Assembly (NCBI GenBank): GCA_041690135.1
Contig: JAWLHY010000002.1
Span: 560,342 to 624,341, forward strand
Direction: 5' to 3'
Length of the DNA: 64,000 nucleotides
From: Armatimonadota bacterium
Lineage (GTDB): Bacteria; Armatimonadota; SYMT01
The notes below the pieces were generated by a model that was not told where the DNA came from, did not search any database, and saw nothing but the letters and a program-made list of their open reading frames with translations. The position numbers and the translations under genes were made by a program. Of this stretch, positions 1 through 11,076 are shown piece by piece; position 1 is the stretch's first letter; each line of letters opens with the position of its first letter.

Positions 1-1
1 C

Positions 2-250
<249 letters not shown>

Positions 251-330
251 ATCCAGGAGCGCGCGTTGGGGATATAAGATACTGGCGCCCACGCGCGGTG
301 GCGAGCGTCCTCTAACGGAAACCAGGATTC

Positions 331-2427
331 ATGCAGCGTCCTTTCCATTCCCTCTATTCGCATGGCTTCGTGCGCGCGGCGGTCTGCGTGCCGTTTCTGC
401 GCGTGGCAGACCCCGCCTATAACGTGGAGCGCACGCTGGGCCTCGCGCGGCGTGCCTCGGAGATGCATGCGGCGGTTGCGTTGTTTCCGGAGCTGGGGAT
501 CTCCGCCTATTCGAACGACGACCTCTTTCACCAGGATGCCCTCCTGGAAGGCGTGGAGTCAGCCCTCGCGCGCCTGGTGGCGGAGAGCCGGGAGCTATCG
601 CCCGTGCTCCTGGTGGGGGCTCCGCTGCGGTTCGAGGAGAAGCTGTTCAACTGCGCGGTGGTGATCTACCGGGGCCGCGTGTTGGGGATCGTCCCGAAAA
701 CTTACCTGCCGAACTACCGCGAGTTCTACGAGAAGCGCCAGTTCTCCGCGGCCCGGAGCGCTGTCCGGCGAGAAGTCGAGTTCCTGGGGACCACCGTGCC
801 GTTCGGCAACGACCTGGTCTTCGAGGCGACCGGTCTGGAGCACTTCCGTATCCATGCCGAGATCTGTGAGGACGTCTGGACGCCGGTCCCACCGAGCACC
901 TTCGCGTCCCTGGCCGGAGCGACCGTGCTGGCCAACCTCTCGGCCAGCAACATCACGGTAGGCAAAGCGGAGTACCGGAAGGGGCTCTGCTCCATCCAGT
1001 CAGCCCGGTGCCTCGCGGCCTATCTCTATTCCGCGGCGGGGCCGGGCGAGTCGACCACCGACCTGGCCTGGGACGGGCACGCCCTCATCTACGAGAACAG
1101 CGAGCTCCTGGTGGAGTCGGAGCGGTTCGCCGCGGACGAGCAGATCATCGCCGCGGATATCGACCTGGAGCGCCTGGCCCAGGACCGCATGCGGATGACC
1201 AGCTTCAGCGATGCAGCCGGGGACTACCGGGACCAGGTCCGGGCCGTGCGCCGGGTCCCATTCGAGTTCCAGGTGCCCCAGGGCGAGATCGGTCTCTTGC
1301 GGAAGATCGAGCGCTTCCCCTACGTGCCCAGCGATCCCCGGGTCCGCGACGAGCGGTGCTACGAGGTCTACAACATCCAGGTCCACGGCCTGATGAAGCG
1401 CCTGAGTAGTACGAAGCTGGAGAAGATCGTGATCGGGGTCTCCGGCGGCCTCGACTCGACCCATGCCCTCATCGTTGCCGCTCGCACCATGGACCGGATG
1501 GGCCTGCCACGGACCAACATCCTGGCTTACACCATGCCGGGGTTCGCCACCAGCGACGTGACGCTCAACAACGCGCACCGGCTGATGAAGTCGCTGGGAG
1601 TGACCGCGCACGAGATCGACATCCGCCCGTCCTGCCTGCAGATGATGCGGGATATCGGGCACCCGTTCATCGAGGGGGAGCCGGTCTACGACATCACCTT
1701 CGAGAACGTCCAGGCGGGCGAGCGGACCTCGCACCTGTTCCGGCTCGCGAACTACCACAACGGGATGGTGCTGGGCACCGGCGACCTCAGCGAGCTGGCC
1801 CTGGGGTGGGCGACCTACGGCGTGGGCGACCATATGTCGCACTACAACGTGAACGCCTCCGTGCCCAAAACGCTGATCCAGCACGTGCTGCGGTGGGTGA
1901 TCGATACGGAGCAGTTCGACCCGGAGACGGGCAGCACGCTCCAGTCGATCCTGGACACCGAGATCTCGCCGGAACTGGTGCCGCACGAGGCCGGGAAGTC
2001 CGACCAGCCGGCGCAGAGCACCCAGGCGAAGATCGGTCCCTACGAGCTTCAGGACTTCAACACCTACTACATCACCCGGTTCGGCTTCCGGCCCAGTAAG
2101 GTCGCCTTCCTGGCGCTTCACGCGTGGGGCAAGAAGAACGAAGGGCTATGGCCGGACCTGATCGCCCAGGAGAAGCGCAACGAGTACGACCTGGCCACCA
2201 TCAAGAAGTGGTTGGAGGTATTCCTCTTCCGCTTCTTCCAGATCAGCCAGTTCAAGCGGTCGTGCGTCCCCAACGGCCCCAAAGTCGGCTCCGGAGGCTC
2301 CCTCTCCCCCCGCGGCGACTGGCGTGCCCCCAGCGACTCCGAATCGGTCGTCTGGCTGGAAGAGCTCCGCCGCAACGTCCCTGATGGGGATGTCTCACCA
2401 CGGAGTCACGGAGACACGGAAAAGTAA
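331..2427 (+). CDS. nadE: Glutamine-dependent NAD+ synthetase
   Basis: N-terminal nitrilase domain ([24 protein letters not shown]) plus synthetase motifs [27 protein letters not shown]. Confidence 0.97.
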   Translation: MQRPFHSLYSHGFVRAAVCVPFLRVADPAYNVERTLGLARRASEMHAAVALFPELGISAYSNDDLFHQDALLEGVESALARLVAESRELSPVLLVGAPLRFEEKLFNCAVVIYRGRVLGIVPKTYLPNYREFYEKRQFSAARSAVRREVEFLGTTVPFGNDLVFEATGLEHFRIHAEICEDVWTPVPPSTFASLAGATVLANLSASNITVGKAEYRKGLCSIQSARCLAAYLYSAAGPGESTTDLAWDGHALIYENSELLVESERFAADEQIIAADIDLERLAQDRMRMTSFSDAAGDYRDQVRAVRRVPFEFQVPQGEIGLLRKIERFPYVPSDPRVRDERCYEVYNIQVHGLMKRLSSTKLEKIVIGVSGGLDSTHALIVAARTMDRMGLPRTNILAYTMPGFATSDVTLNNAHRLMKSLGVTAHEIDIRPSCLQMMRDIGHPFIEGEPVYDITFENVQAGERTSHLFRLANYHNGMVLGTGDLSELALGWATYGVGDHMSHYNVNASVPKTLIQHVLRWVIDTEQFDPETGSTLQSILDTEISPELVPHEAGKSDQPAQSTQAKIGPYELQDFNTYYITRFGFRPSKVAFLALHAWGKKNEGLWPDLIAQEKRNEYDLATIKKWLEVFLFRFFQISQFKRSCVPNGPKVGSGGSLSPRGDWRAPSDSESVVWLEELRRNVPDGDVSPRSHGDTEK

Positions 2428-2715
2428 AAGAGAGGTGGGTTCGGGAATCAGGGAGTGCTTGCCGGGTCACGTCTTCCCGGTCCTCAGGGCGGTCACCGAC
2501 TTTGCACCCCATCGTGGACACCGGCCATCATCCCGCACCCGCTGGGAGTCCGGATGCTAGTCCGGTGCCTCGCGATCCTGCCCCGCCTCCCGCCCCGCCA
2601 ACCCAGCACCCGTCTTGATCCCAAGCGTGGACTCGCCGATTGCATCGGCGCTTCGCGATCCTACCCCCGCTTCCCGTATTGCCACACGGGACCTCCGTAG
2701 TAGAGCACTCGGCGA

Positions 2716-2767
2716 CGTACACCTGGCGAAGTAAACCTGGCGGAGCATAGGGCTGTCCCCGACCAGG
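2716..2767 (-). repeat. Dispersed REP-like element, homologous to 42275-42389
   Basis: Reverse complement CCTGGTCGGGGACAGCCCT...ACTTCGCCAGGTGTACG matches GGTCGGGGACAGCCCTGACTTCGCCGGGTGTACG at 42356-42389. Confidence 0.65.
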
Positions 2768-2868
2768 GCCGTGCCCTTGATCCGTCCACCAACCATTTGC
2801 CGTTCTCTGAACACGGACGGCCGGCACGCGTCGAGGGAGTGCGAACCCAGGACGAATGATTCACTGGC

Positions 2869-3073
2869 GGGTCATTTGCTTCGCGCGTTTGCCTTGTCGG
2901 GGTGAGCGGAGCCCCACACGCCAGCGCCGGTACAAGACCACAGCCAGGCGGGGACGGAGCCTCCGCCCTACTTCTACGGGCGCGGATACCGAGACTATCC
3001 CGTCTACCTCGAGCCAGTCCTGCAGCAGCGCAGGGCAGGCGCAGACTCGCAGCACTTGGGTGGCAAGTAACCC
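2869..3073. repeat. MITE/REPIN-like element copy A with an internal GTAG-type REP
   Basis: Ends GGGTCATTTGC and GCAAGTAACCC form a 9/11 inverted match; internal GGCGGGGACGGAGCCTCCGCCCTAC (2947-2971); 2947-3073 aligns with 4108-4235. Confidence 0.55.
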
Positions 3074-3078
3074 ACCCT

Positions 3079-3315
3079 TCATTCCAGGTCGGGAAGCTCC
3101 TCACGGGACACGAGGAGCCGGATGGAACGGCCCTGGCCCGGCGTGCGCTCCAGGAGCCCGGCCTCTTCCAGGCGCTTCACCATCAGGTGGGCCGACACGG
3201 GGGTGATGCGGAAATACCAGGCGATATCCGCCTCCGCGGGTGGGATGCGGTTCAGCTTGGTGTACCAGTAGATGTACGCCAGGAACTGGCCCTGGCGCGC
3301 GGTAAACCGGCTCAT
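3079..3315 (-). CDS. Stand-alone LexA-N-terminal-like/MarR-like winged-helix regulator
   Basis: FTARQGQFLAYIYWY...PPAEADIAWYF...SAHLMVKRLEEAGLLERTPGQGRSIRL; no peptidase domain. Confidence 0.8.
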   Translation of the reverse strand: MSRFTARQGQFLAYIYWYTKLNRIPPAEADIAWYFRITPVSAHLMVKRLEEAGLLERTPGQGRSIRLLVSREELPDLE

Positions 3316-3893
3316 GGTTCTTGCCTCACCGTCGCGCTCGCCGGGTCCGGGAATTCAATTCCCTGCGGTGCTGCGTGTCGTCGCAGGCATTGGGTGACCC
3401 GCTTGGCGGCGCCTTCCACCACGACCCCCAGACCCGCCGCAAGCACCGCTGATCCCATGGCTCCGCCGACGAGGAGCAGCAGGAGCAGTGGAAGCGAGGC
3501 GAGGGTACCGGGGATAAGTGAGTAGGGTTCCGGTCCCCATTCCCAGAGCGTGAATGCGCGGTAATGTAGTTCCAGCCCACTCGCATACGAAGGGAGGTGT
3601 GGGAACAGGTACGCGAACCAGGGGAAGACCAGGACTACCAGCAGTGCCACCACCAGTAGCCGGCCAAGCACGTTCAGTGACATTCGGGTCAGGCGTTCTC
3701 CGGAATGCCGCCAGCGGTGGGTGAAGTCGAGGAGTGCTCGGTAACGCGCCGTAAGGGTGTCTCGGGCGGTGCGATCCTGCGATCGCGCCTCCTCCAGAAG
3801 TGCCCCATGGTTCTGCTCTACCGGCGGAGTAGCCGTCTGCCGGCCTCGGTACGGTGGGTGAATGAGTGGTTCGGAAGCCTTTCGGAGTTGCAT
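3312..3893 (-). CDS. Hypothetical membrane protein (about 2 TM segments); start uncertain
   Basis: Two hydrophobic stretches; stop overlaps the regulator start (ATGA). Confidence 0.45.
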   Translation of the reverse strand: MQLRKASEPLIHPPYRGRQTATPPVEQNHGALLEEARSQDRTARDTLTARYRALLDFTHRWRHSGERLTRMSLNVLGRLLVVALLVVLVFPWFAYLFPHLPSYASGLELHYRAFTLWEWGPEPYSLIPGTLASLPLLLLLLVGGAMGSAVLAAGLGVVVEGAAKRVTQCLRRHAAPQGIEFPDPASATVRQEP

Positions 3894-4107
3894 GGGCGCT
3901 TACGTACATTCTGCCGCAACACACGCCCAACCGCCAACCCGATCCTTTAGCGTCTCAACGCGAATCGGCATGGTCCCAGGCACTTCGTCCGCGGGCAAGT
4001 GACCCCGATCTTGCCACCGGGGGATCAATTGCCGCGTGGGTTGGCATTCGCTCTCGTGGGTCCGGAGCCGCCTTCCACATGGCAAGACGGGTGCTTACCC
4101 AGAGCCC

Positions 4108-4235
4108 GGCGGGGACGGAGATCCCGCCCTACTTCTGCGGGTGCAAGGGCAGAACTCATGGCGCTCACCAAGAGCTAGCCCGTCCGGAACCCAAAGCGTA
4201 GCGCTGGCAAGCGGAATCTGGGTGATAAGTGACCC
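4108..4235. repeat. Diverged copy B of the 2947-3073 element
   Basis: GGCGGGGACGGAGATCCCGCCCTACTTCTGCGGG ... GGGTGATAAGTGACCC, same spacing as copy A (112 vs 111 bp). Confidence 0.6.
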
Positions 4236-4244
4236 GCTAGGCTC

Positions 4245-4316
4245 GTTATCGTTATCTTCCTGTTCCTTACCACCCCACCTTCCTTATCCTTATCTTCCCG
4301 GTCCTTATCTTTATCT
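4245..4316. repeat. Degenerate (C/G)TTATC pyrimidine-rich repeats
   Basis: GTTATCGTTATC, CTTATCCTTATC, CTTATCTTTATC; complementary GATAAG repeats at 41109-41136. Confidence 0.5.
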
Positions 4317-4322
4317 GCCCCG

Positions 4323-5327
4323 CTATCCATTCCCCGGGCTGCCGTCGTTGATGCGGGGCCAGCCGTTCTCCCAATGGATGCGGTCCATCAGCAGCATGCG
4401 GGGGTGCTTGCCGCCGACCCGACCGCGCTGGTAGGCGTGGTAGAGAAAGTAGTCATGGCCGTCGTGGGCGCGGACGACGCTGCCATGGCCCGGTCCCATC
4501 CAGTGTTCGTCGCGGCGGAGGACCGTCTCCCGCTGCTTGATGAATGGTCCCAGCGGCGAATAGGCCCGGGCCACTCCCACGGCATAGTGTTCGTTGTAGA
4601 AGGCGTTGCCGCTGTAGAAGAGGTAGTAATAGCGCCCGCGGCGGACGACCCAGGGTCCTTCCACCAGGTGGTCTTCCCACTCCAGGTCGTTCTCCAGCAC
4701 CCGGTGCCGCTCCCCGACCAGCGCCATGCCGTCCTCCGAGAGTTGCTGGGCGTAGATGGGGGTCTTCTCCATCGGGCGCAGGTCGTTGCCGTCTTCCTTC
4801 CAGTAAAGGAAGCGCTTGCCGCTGCGATCGTGGTCGTGGAAGTAGTGGCTGTCGATCATGCCGACCCGGTCGTCCCGGACCAGCGGCCGTCCGGAGTCGG
4901 TGAACGGTCCGGTGGGATGGTCGGACCAGGCCACCCCTACGCACAGCCGCTGGGTGCGGTCGCGCGCCGTGTAGTAGGCGACGTAGCGACGACCGACCCG
5001 GTGAACCTCCGGCGCCCAGAAGTCGCTCCTCGCCCACGCCGGCCGCTGGCGACGGGGGAAGAGGTGGCCCACCCGGCTCCACTGGACCAGGTCCCGCGAG
5101 TGCCGGATCGGAAACGCGTCGGCCGCGTTGCCCGAGGTGGCGTAGAGGTAGTAGTCGTCCCCAGCACGCAGGATGCAAGGATCCGGAACGTTCTCCGCCA
5201 GGAGCGGGTTACGGGGCCCGGTAGGACTTCCGCACTCCAGGAAGTTGGAGAGGTGCGGGACGGCGACAGGGTAGGTGACGACAGGCGCCGCGGTTCTGCG
5301 GCGCTTACGAGGGTGTTCGCTGCCCAT
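4323..5327 (-). CDS. Glycoside hydrolase family 43 (arabinanase/xylosidase-like)
   Basis: PDP (base), FWAPEV, IDS, VEGPW (acid), GPGHGS motifs. Confidence 0.92.
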   Translation of the reverse strand: MGSEHPRKRRRTAAPVVTYPVAVPHLSNFLECGSPTGPRNPLLAENVPDPCILRAGDDYYLYATSGNAADAFPIRHSRDLVQWSRVGHLFPRRQRPAWARSDFWAPEVHRVGRRYVAYYTARDRTQRLCVGVAWSDHPTGPFTDSGRPLVRDDRVGMIDSHYFHDHDRSGKRFLYWKEDGNDLRPMEKTPIYAQQLSEDGMALVGERHRVLENDLEWEDHLVEGPWVVRRGRYYYLFYSGNAFYNEHYAVGVARAYSPLGPFIKQRETVLRRDEHWMGPGHGSVVRAHDGHDYFLYHAYQRGRVGGKHPRMLLMDRIHWENGWPRINDGSPGNG

Positions 5328-5569
5328 GGGACGCTCAGGATGTCCCTTCTACAGGGATGTGTTCCGCTTCCGATCACTGCCATACGTGATGGCTTGATTC
5401 CTTATTCGGCTAAGAATACGGATTCCCGCACCGGAACAATGCCCACGCCGTACTGGTTCGTCATTGCGTCACGAGCGCGCCCTGAACCGCGTACTCCAGT
5501 CAACAGATACGTCTTGCCTCGGGTACGCAAGCCCGCGTGCCCGGCAGGCGCCCGTGGGGAGATGCGGCA

Positions 5570-7354
5570 ATGCGTAAAAGAAGATGGGGTTTCGGGTTGA
5601 TGCTTCTGACCACCGCGGCGGCGATCGCGAGCGCCCAATCGCAGCGCGCGGCGGACCTGGTGGTCCACGAGTGGGGCACGTTCCTCGCGATGCAGGGCTC
5701 CGACGGAAGCTCGCTGGACGGGATGTACCACGAGGAGCACGCGCTCCCCTCGTTCGTCCACGCGCGCAGCCGGGACCAGCTCCGGCTGCGGTCGGCGATC
5801 CTCAAGGGGGAAACGCCGGTCATCTACTTCTACACCGGGCAGCGGCGGCGGGTAGACGTGCGGGTCGACTTCCCGCGCGGGGTCTGGACCCAGTGGTTTC
5901 CGCAGGCCAACCACGTAGGTCCCCAGTTCGCCGCTGCCGGAGATCCGCTCCAGCCCCGGAACGGGAAGATTACCTGGGTGGCGCATCTCTTCCCGGATCT
6001 GAAGAAGCCGCCCTCGGGCTATCCGGCCACGCCCGAAGACGCCCTGTGGAACCACGCTCGCGAGGTGGATGCCGCCTATGTTGCGACGCAGGACCACGCC
6101 AAGGGCGGACTTTCGGAGACGGACCGCTTCCTCTTCTACCGCGGCCTGGGCGAGGTGCCGCTGCCGCTGACGATGACCCATAGCCAGAGCGGCACCCTCA
6201 ACTGGGGTCGGGATGCAGGTGGAGATGCCGCGCACCTGTTCGTGCTGCGGGTGGAGAACGGCCGCGGCGCTTTCCGTTACCTGCCCAAACTCTCGCCGGG
6301 GGAGACGGTGCGGGATATACTCCCTTCCCAGAAGACCTCCCGGCCGCTTCCGGAGTTCACCCGCGCGGTTGCCGCAGAGCTGGCGAAGCGTCTTACGGAG
6401 AGCGGCCTCTACGCCAAGGAATCGCAAGCAATGGAGAACACCTGGCGCACCAGCTATTTCCACACCGACGGCGTGCGGGTGCTGTTCGTGCTGCCCCGCG
6501 CCTGGACCGACCGCACGATCCCCATGCAACTGCGCCCCGAGCCGCGCGAGCTGGTGCGGGTGATGGTCGGACGCCTGGAGCTCCTGACCCCCGAACGGGA
6601 GCGCCGGGCCGAAGAGGCCATCCGCGGGTTGACCGAGCCGCAGCGGCGTGCGGAGTCCTTTCGCTATCTCCGGGAGCAGGGACGCTATGTCGAGCCAATC
6701 GTCAGGAGAACGCTGAAGGAGACCCAGGACCCCTATCTCCGCCTGCTCTGCACGCGCCTGCTCGGGACGAGCCTGGTGACCGAGCTCCGGGCCGCCATCC
6801 ACGACGCGCGCACGGGCGGCCGGCTGGCCGATGACCCGCTCTACGTCCGCGCTCAACTGGCGTCGCTGTTGCGGGAGATGGGACTCGACGCGGAAGCAAA
6901 ACAGGAGGCGGATCCGGTTCTCTCGGAGTTGCGGAAGCGGCCGGAGCCCTCCCTGGAGCGGAGCACGGCGCGCCACCACCTTCGGGCCTACGCACGCGCC
7001 CTGGAAGGCGCCGGGGATGATGCGGGAGCGGCCGCGGCTTACGGCCGGTTCCTCACCTTTGCCGCCCAGGTGAAGACAAAGGAGCAGTGCCGCGGCTGTC
7101 ACATCGGCGCTGGCGGCCCCACCACCATGGCCTGGTACCGCGACTGGTGGGCCGGCCGGAAGTACGCCCACTACGCCGCCCGGGCTCAGGTCCTGGAAAG
7201 GGAGGTCGTTACCCTGGAGCGTACCGCACCAGGGAGTGTTCGGGAAGCCGAAGCCCAGTTGAAACTGGCGTTCCTGTACGCGGCCCAAGGGCGGGAGCCC
7301 CAGGTGAAGGCGGCGTGGTCGCGCCTGGGGGGCGCCGCACGACTGGCGGAGTAA
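5570..7354 (+). CDS. Secreted uncharacterised protein (HEWGT/ETPVIYFY/FLFYRG family) with a C-terminal helical extension carrying CxxCH
   Basis: Signal peptide MRKRRWGFGLMLLTTAAAIASAQ; conserved-looking blocks; CRGCH at 7088-7102; GGGGAG RBS. Confidence 0.8.
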   Translation: MRKRRWGFGLMLLTTAAAIASAQSQRAADLVVHEWGTFLAMQGSDGSSLDGMYHEEHALPSFVHARSRDQLRLRSAILKGETPVIYFYTGQRRRVDVRVDFPRGVWTQWFPQANHVGPQFAAAGDPLQPRNGKITWVAHLFPDLKKPPSGYPATPEDALWNHAREVDAAYVATQDHAKGGLSETDRFLFYRGLGEVPLPLTMTHSQSGTLNWGRDAGGDAAHLFVLRVENGRGAFRYLPKLSPGETVRDILPSQKTSRPLPEFTRAVAAELAKRLTESGLYAKESQAMENTWRTSYFHTDGVRVLFVLPRAWTDRTIPMQLRPEPRELVRVMVGRLELLTPERERRAEEAIRGLTEPQRRAESFRYLREQGRYVEPIVRRTLKETQDPYLRLLCTRLLGTSLVTELRAAIHDARTGGRLADDPLYVRAQLASLLREMGLDAEAKQEADPVLSELRKRPEPSLERSTARHHLRAYARALEGAGDDAGAAAAYGRFLTFAAQVKTKEQCRGCHIGAGGPTTMAWYRDWWAGRKYAHYAARAQVLEREVVTLERTAPGSVREAEAQLKLAFLYAAQGREPQVKAAWSRLGGAARLAE

Positions 7355-7400
7355 AAGGGGATAGGTGGGATAGAGAGTGGCAGTTGGTAGAGTTTGCTTG

Positions 7401-7429
7401 CGTTGACGCTGGTGATACCGGTGTCAACG
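7401..7429. terminator. Hairpin between convergent genes
   Basis: CGTTGACGCTGGT-GAT-ACCGGTGTCAACG; no clear U-tract. Confidence 0.4.
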
Positions 7430-7651
7430 ACTGATGCGGTGGAGTTGCCGTTCGAGAGCCGCTTTGCGATCCCGCAAGCAGGGATAGCCGCGCAGGTGCT
7501 CCCACATCCACTTCGCCCGCGCTTCGCCCGCCGACGCAGGTTCCGCACCCGGAAACCGCCACCCATCGCTCGGACCCAGTGCAATGTCGACGTCGCGCAG
7601 GTCGAGCGCGTGCGCCTCCAGCCGGAAAACCGCGAAGCCGCGGGCGACGGG

Positions 7652-8113
7652 TTACTCCTGTTGATAGGCGGCGATCTCCAGGATCGTGCCGTCCGGATCG
7701 GAGAAATAGAACAGCTTCTTCCGGCCGAGGTTACCCACCTGGAAGGGCACGAGCACCGGCTCACTGACGATCGGAACCCCCGCGGTTTTCAGGCGGGCGA
7801 GGAGGTCCTCCAGGGCGGCCCAGTCTTCCACGGCGAAAGCGAGGTGGCGCAGTCCGTGCGTGTTCGGGAGGCGATTGGGCGCCAGGGCTTCGCCTGCGGG
7901 GGTGAAGTACTGCAGCAATTCCAGACGGACGCCGGGAGCATCGGCTTCGAGGAAAACGCAGCGGGCGTGGGCTTCCGGGAGGCCGGTGACGGTCTCCACC
8001 CACTCACCCTGCAGGGTGGTTTCGAAACTCCGGCGCAAGCCGAGGAGCCCGGAGTAGAAGGCGAGCGCGCGGTCCATGTCCGCGACGACGATGTTGATGT
8101 GATCGAACTGCAT
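7652..8113 (-). CDS. VOC family (glyoxalase/bleomycin resistance) protein
   Basis: FDHINIVVADMDRALAFY...LELLQY...HLAFAV...YFSDPDGTILEI; true start at 8113. Confidence 0.9.
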   Translation of the reverse strand: MQFDHINIVVADMDRALAFYSGLLGLRRSFETTLQGEWVETVTGLPEAHARCVFLEADAPGVRLELLQYFTPAGEALAPNRLPNTHGLRHLAFAVEDWAALEDLLARLKTAGVPIVSEPVLVPFQVGNLGRKKLFYFSDPDGTILEIAAYQQE

Positions 8114-8210
8114 GTCTGGTGGGGCGCGATGCGACCTATACCGTCCGAAGGGCTGCGCGCGGACTCGCATCCGGCCGGGTAACCCGTTCAGGCGTATGCC
8201 TGCCGGAATA

Positions 8211-11075
8211 TCACTGGGAAGGCTCCGGGATGGGCGGGTCGGCGAGGGCGGTGGCGACCTTCTGGACCAGTGCCTCGTGGGTGAACGGCTTTTGAAGAAA
8301 GGCCACGCTTTCCTGGAGCACTCCGTGCTGGAGGACCATTTCATCCGAGTAGCCCGACATGTACACCACGCGCAGCCGGGGATGCAGTTCCACCGCCTGG
8401 CGGGCGAGGTCGCGTCCACTCAGTCCCGGCATCACGACATCCGTCAAGAGGAGGTCGACGGACACCTCGGGACGTTTGAGGATCTCCAGGGCCTGCTCGG
8501 CGCTCTGCGTGTCCAGCACGCGATAGCCTTTCCCTTCCAGGATACTGCGAATCAGGCCCCGGAGCATATCCTCATCTTCCACCACGAGAAGAGTACCCGT
8601 ACGGGACGGCACGGCGGAAAACCCCGTGCCGGCGCCCGGCACCCGCCCCGGTTGATCCGTTTGCGGCAGGTACACGTGGAAGGTGCTTCCCTTCCCCGGC
8701 TCGCTGGTCACGGTGATATGCCCGCCGCTCTGGGTAACGATCCCATAGACCATCGCCAGGCCGAGCCCCGTGCCCTGGCCCGGCGCCTTGGTGGTGAAGA
8801 AGGGCTCGAAGACCCGCGCGAGGGTCGTGGCATCCATTCCGCAGCCGGTATCACTGAGGGATAGCCGCGTATAGCGCCCGGCCGTGACCTCCGCGTGCTG
8901 GGTGGCGTAGGCGGCGCTCAACTCAACGTTCGCGGTGCGGATGAGAATCCGGCCCCCCTCCGGCATCGCGTCCCGGGCATTCACCACCAGGTTCATCAAC
9001 ACCTGGGAGATCTGGCCTGGGTCCGCCTTCACGTGGCCGAGGTCGGCGGTCGGCTCAATGGCCAGTTGGATGTTTTCCCCGATCAACCGGCGGAGCATGC
9101 CGGCCATCCCTTCCACGACCTGGTTGAGATCGAGAACCTGGGGAGAGAGCATGGACTTCCGGCTAAAGGCCAGCAGTTGCCGGGTGAGGGTGGCGGCCCG
9201 GTCGCTGGCTTTCTTGATCTCCTGCAGCCCGGAGTGGGCGAAGGGTTCGAGGCGGTTGCTCTCCAGCAGCAGTTCGCTGTAGCCGGTGATCACGGCCAGC
9301 ATGTTGTTGAAGTCGTGGGCTACTCCGCCGGCCAGCCGGCCCACGGCTTCCATTTTTTGCGACTGCCGGAGTTGCTCTTCCAGCAGCTTTCGGTCGGTGA
9401 TGTCGTGAATCGTCCCTACCAGGCGCAGTGGGCGGCCGGCGGTGTCCCGGACGAACTCGGCCTGTTCACGCACCACGCGCTCGCTACCATCGGGCCGCAC
9501 GACCCGATGCTCGAGATCGACGCGGCGCTCCATTTGCTGTGCGTCGAAGATGCCCGCCCGCACCGCCTCGTGGTCATCCGGATGAACTGCCTGCCAGAAC
9601 AGGTCGCCCGTGGGCGTGTGCTCGGCCGGAGAGAAGCCCAGGATGCGGAAGGTCTCATCGCTCCACTCCAGCGTTCCCCGCTCGAAATCGTATTCCCAAC
9701 TTCCCAGGTGGGCCACCCGTTGAGCATTGGCCAGGCGCGTTTCGCTGCCGCGGAGCGCCTCCTCCGCGCGCTTGTTTTCGATGAGACTCCCCAATAGGGA
9801 ACAGTAGACCGCCGTCACCTCTTGCTGGATGGCGTCTACCGGCGCGCCGGTGCGAGCGGTGTCGTTGAACAGGGCGCCGATGAGCCCCCGCGCGGACTGA
9901 ATCGGGCTGATGGCCAGCCAGCTCCGTTGCGGCAGTTCACGGTAACCCTGGCCATCCCACTCCTTTAGGGGCACCTCCTCCCGCAGGGTCCAGCGCGCTC
10001 CACCATTCCCTCCGTGGGGCAGCAGGGCGTTCCAGTCGACCCCGGTGGTGTAGCGGCAGGCGCGTTCGTCGGTCGTCTTGCCTTCCAGGCTCGTACCGAA
10101 GGTGGGCATGACCAATCGTCCGTGGTCGTCCAGCAGCGAAATACCGCACCGCTCCAGACCGAGATGCTGCCGCGCCAGTTCCACCGCGCGTCGGAGCAGG
10201 CTCTCCAGGTCGGCGCAGGAGAGCAACTCGTCGGCCGCCGCGAGTACGGAGCGCAATCCGGAGACCATCGCCGCCTGGCGCGCTTCCGCCTGTTTGGATG
10301 GCGTGATGTCTACCATCACCCCGCGGAGGCGCTCCGGTCGCCCCTGCGTATCGCGGATCACGTGGACGTTGTTCCGCAGCCATACGGTACGGCCGTCCGC
10401 GGCGATCGCCCGGTGGCGGAACTCCTCGTCGCGACCCGCCTGGGCCGTGGCGCTGTAACCGGCCCAGGCCTGCTCCCGGTCTTCCGGATGGATCAGCCGG
10501 TTCCAGAAGCCGCCGCCCGTCTGCCATTCCGAAACGGGGTAGCCGAGGATCGCCTCGGCTCGGCGGCTGACGAACTGGAAGGCAAACGTCTGGGCATCCG
10601 CCTCCCAGACGATCGCGTCGAGCCCGTCGACCAGGTCGCGGAATCGCTGCTCCGAACGGCGGAGACGGTCCTCATTGCGGCGTCGCTCCACCGCATACCG
10701 GATGGCGCGGTCCAGTATCGGTGCCGAAATCTGGCTCTTCACGAGGTAGTCCGCCGCTCCCGCCCGCATGGCCGCCAGGTCGACCTCCGTATCCCCCTGT
10801 CCGGTAAGGAGAATGAGCGGCGCTTCGCACCCCCGGCCCCGGGCCTCTCGGAGGAGGTCCAGGCCGTCGCGCGCTCCCAGGCGGTAGTCGATCAGGCAGA
10901 CGTCGTGCACTCCGCGCTCGATCGCGCGCAGGCCTTCCTCGAAGGAAGGCGCCCAGTCGAGGTGGATCTGCTCACCCGAGGTTTCAGAGAGGAGCTCCCG
11001 GGTGAGGACGTAATCGTCCTCATCGTCCTCGATCAGCAGCACGCGGATTTCCGGTTTTGCGAGCGAACCCGACAC
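8211..11075 (-). CDS. Hybrid sensor histidine kinase REC-PAS-GAF-like-PAS-HisKA-HATPase-REC
   Basis: LLIEDD/LIDYRL REC; [22 protein letters not shown]-box; [20 protein letters not shown]; C-terminal [11 protein letters not shown]. Confidence 0.93.
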   Translation of the reverse strand: MSGSLAKPEIRVLLIEDDEDDYVLTRELLSETSGEQIHLDWAPSFEEGLRAIERGVHDVCLIDYRLGARDGLDLLREARGRGCEAPLILLTGQGDTEVDLAAMRAGAADYLVKSQISAPILDRAIRYAVERRRNEDRLRRSEQRFRDLVDGLDAIVWEADAQTFAFQFVSRRAEAILGYPVSEWQTGGGFWNRLIHPEDREQAWAGYSATAQAGRDEEFRHRAIAADGRTVWLRNNVHVIRDTQGRPERLRGVMVDITPSKQAEARQAAMVSGLRSVLAAADELLSCADLESLLRRAVELARQHLGLERCGISLLDDHGRLVMPTFGTSLEGKTTDERACRYTTGVDWNALLPHGGNGGARWTLREEVPLKEWDGQGYRELPQRSWLAISPIQSARGLIGALFNDTARTGAPVDAIQQEVTAVYCSLLGSLIENKRAEEALRGSETRLANAQRVAHLGSWEYDFERGTLEWSDETFRILGFSPAEHTPTGDLFWQAVHPDDHEAVRAGIFDAQQMERRVDLEHRVVRPDGSERVVREQAEFVRDTAGRPLRLVGTIHDITDRKLLEEQLRQSQKMEAVGRLAGGVAHDFNNMLAVITGYSELLLESNRLEPFAHSGLQEIKKASDRAATLTRQLLAFSRKSMLSPQVLDLNQVVEGMAGMLRRLIGENIQLAIEPTADLGHVKADPGQISQVLMNLVVNARDAMPEGGRILIRTANVELSAAYATQHAEVTAGRYTRLSLSDTGCGMDATTLARVFEPFFTTKAPGQGTGLGLAMVYGIVTQSGGHITVTSEPGKGSTFHVYLPQTDQPGRVPGAGTGFSAVPSRTGTLLVVEDEDMLRGLIRSILEGKGYRVLDTQSAEQALEILKRPEVSVDLLLTDVVMPGLSGRDLARQAVELHPRLRVVYMSGYSDEMVLQHGVLQESVAFLQKPFTHEALVQKVATALADPPIPEPSQ

Positions 11076-11076
11076 C

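Noticed and set aside
2861-3082. 73-aa ORF coupled by ATGA to the regulator
   Set aside because: Lies almost entirely within the REP/MITE-like repeat and has poor codon bias
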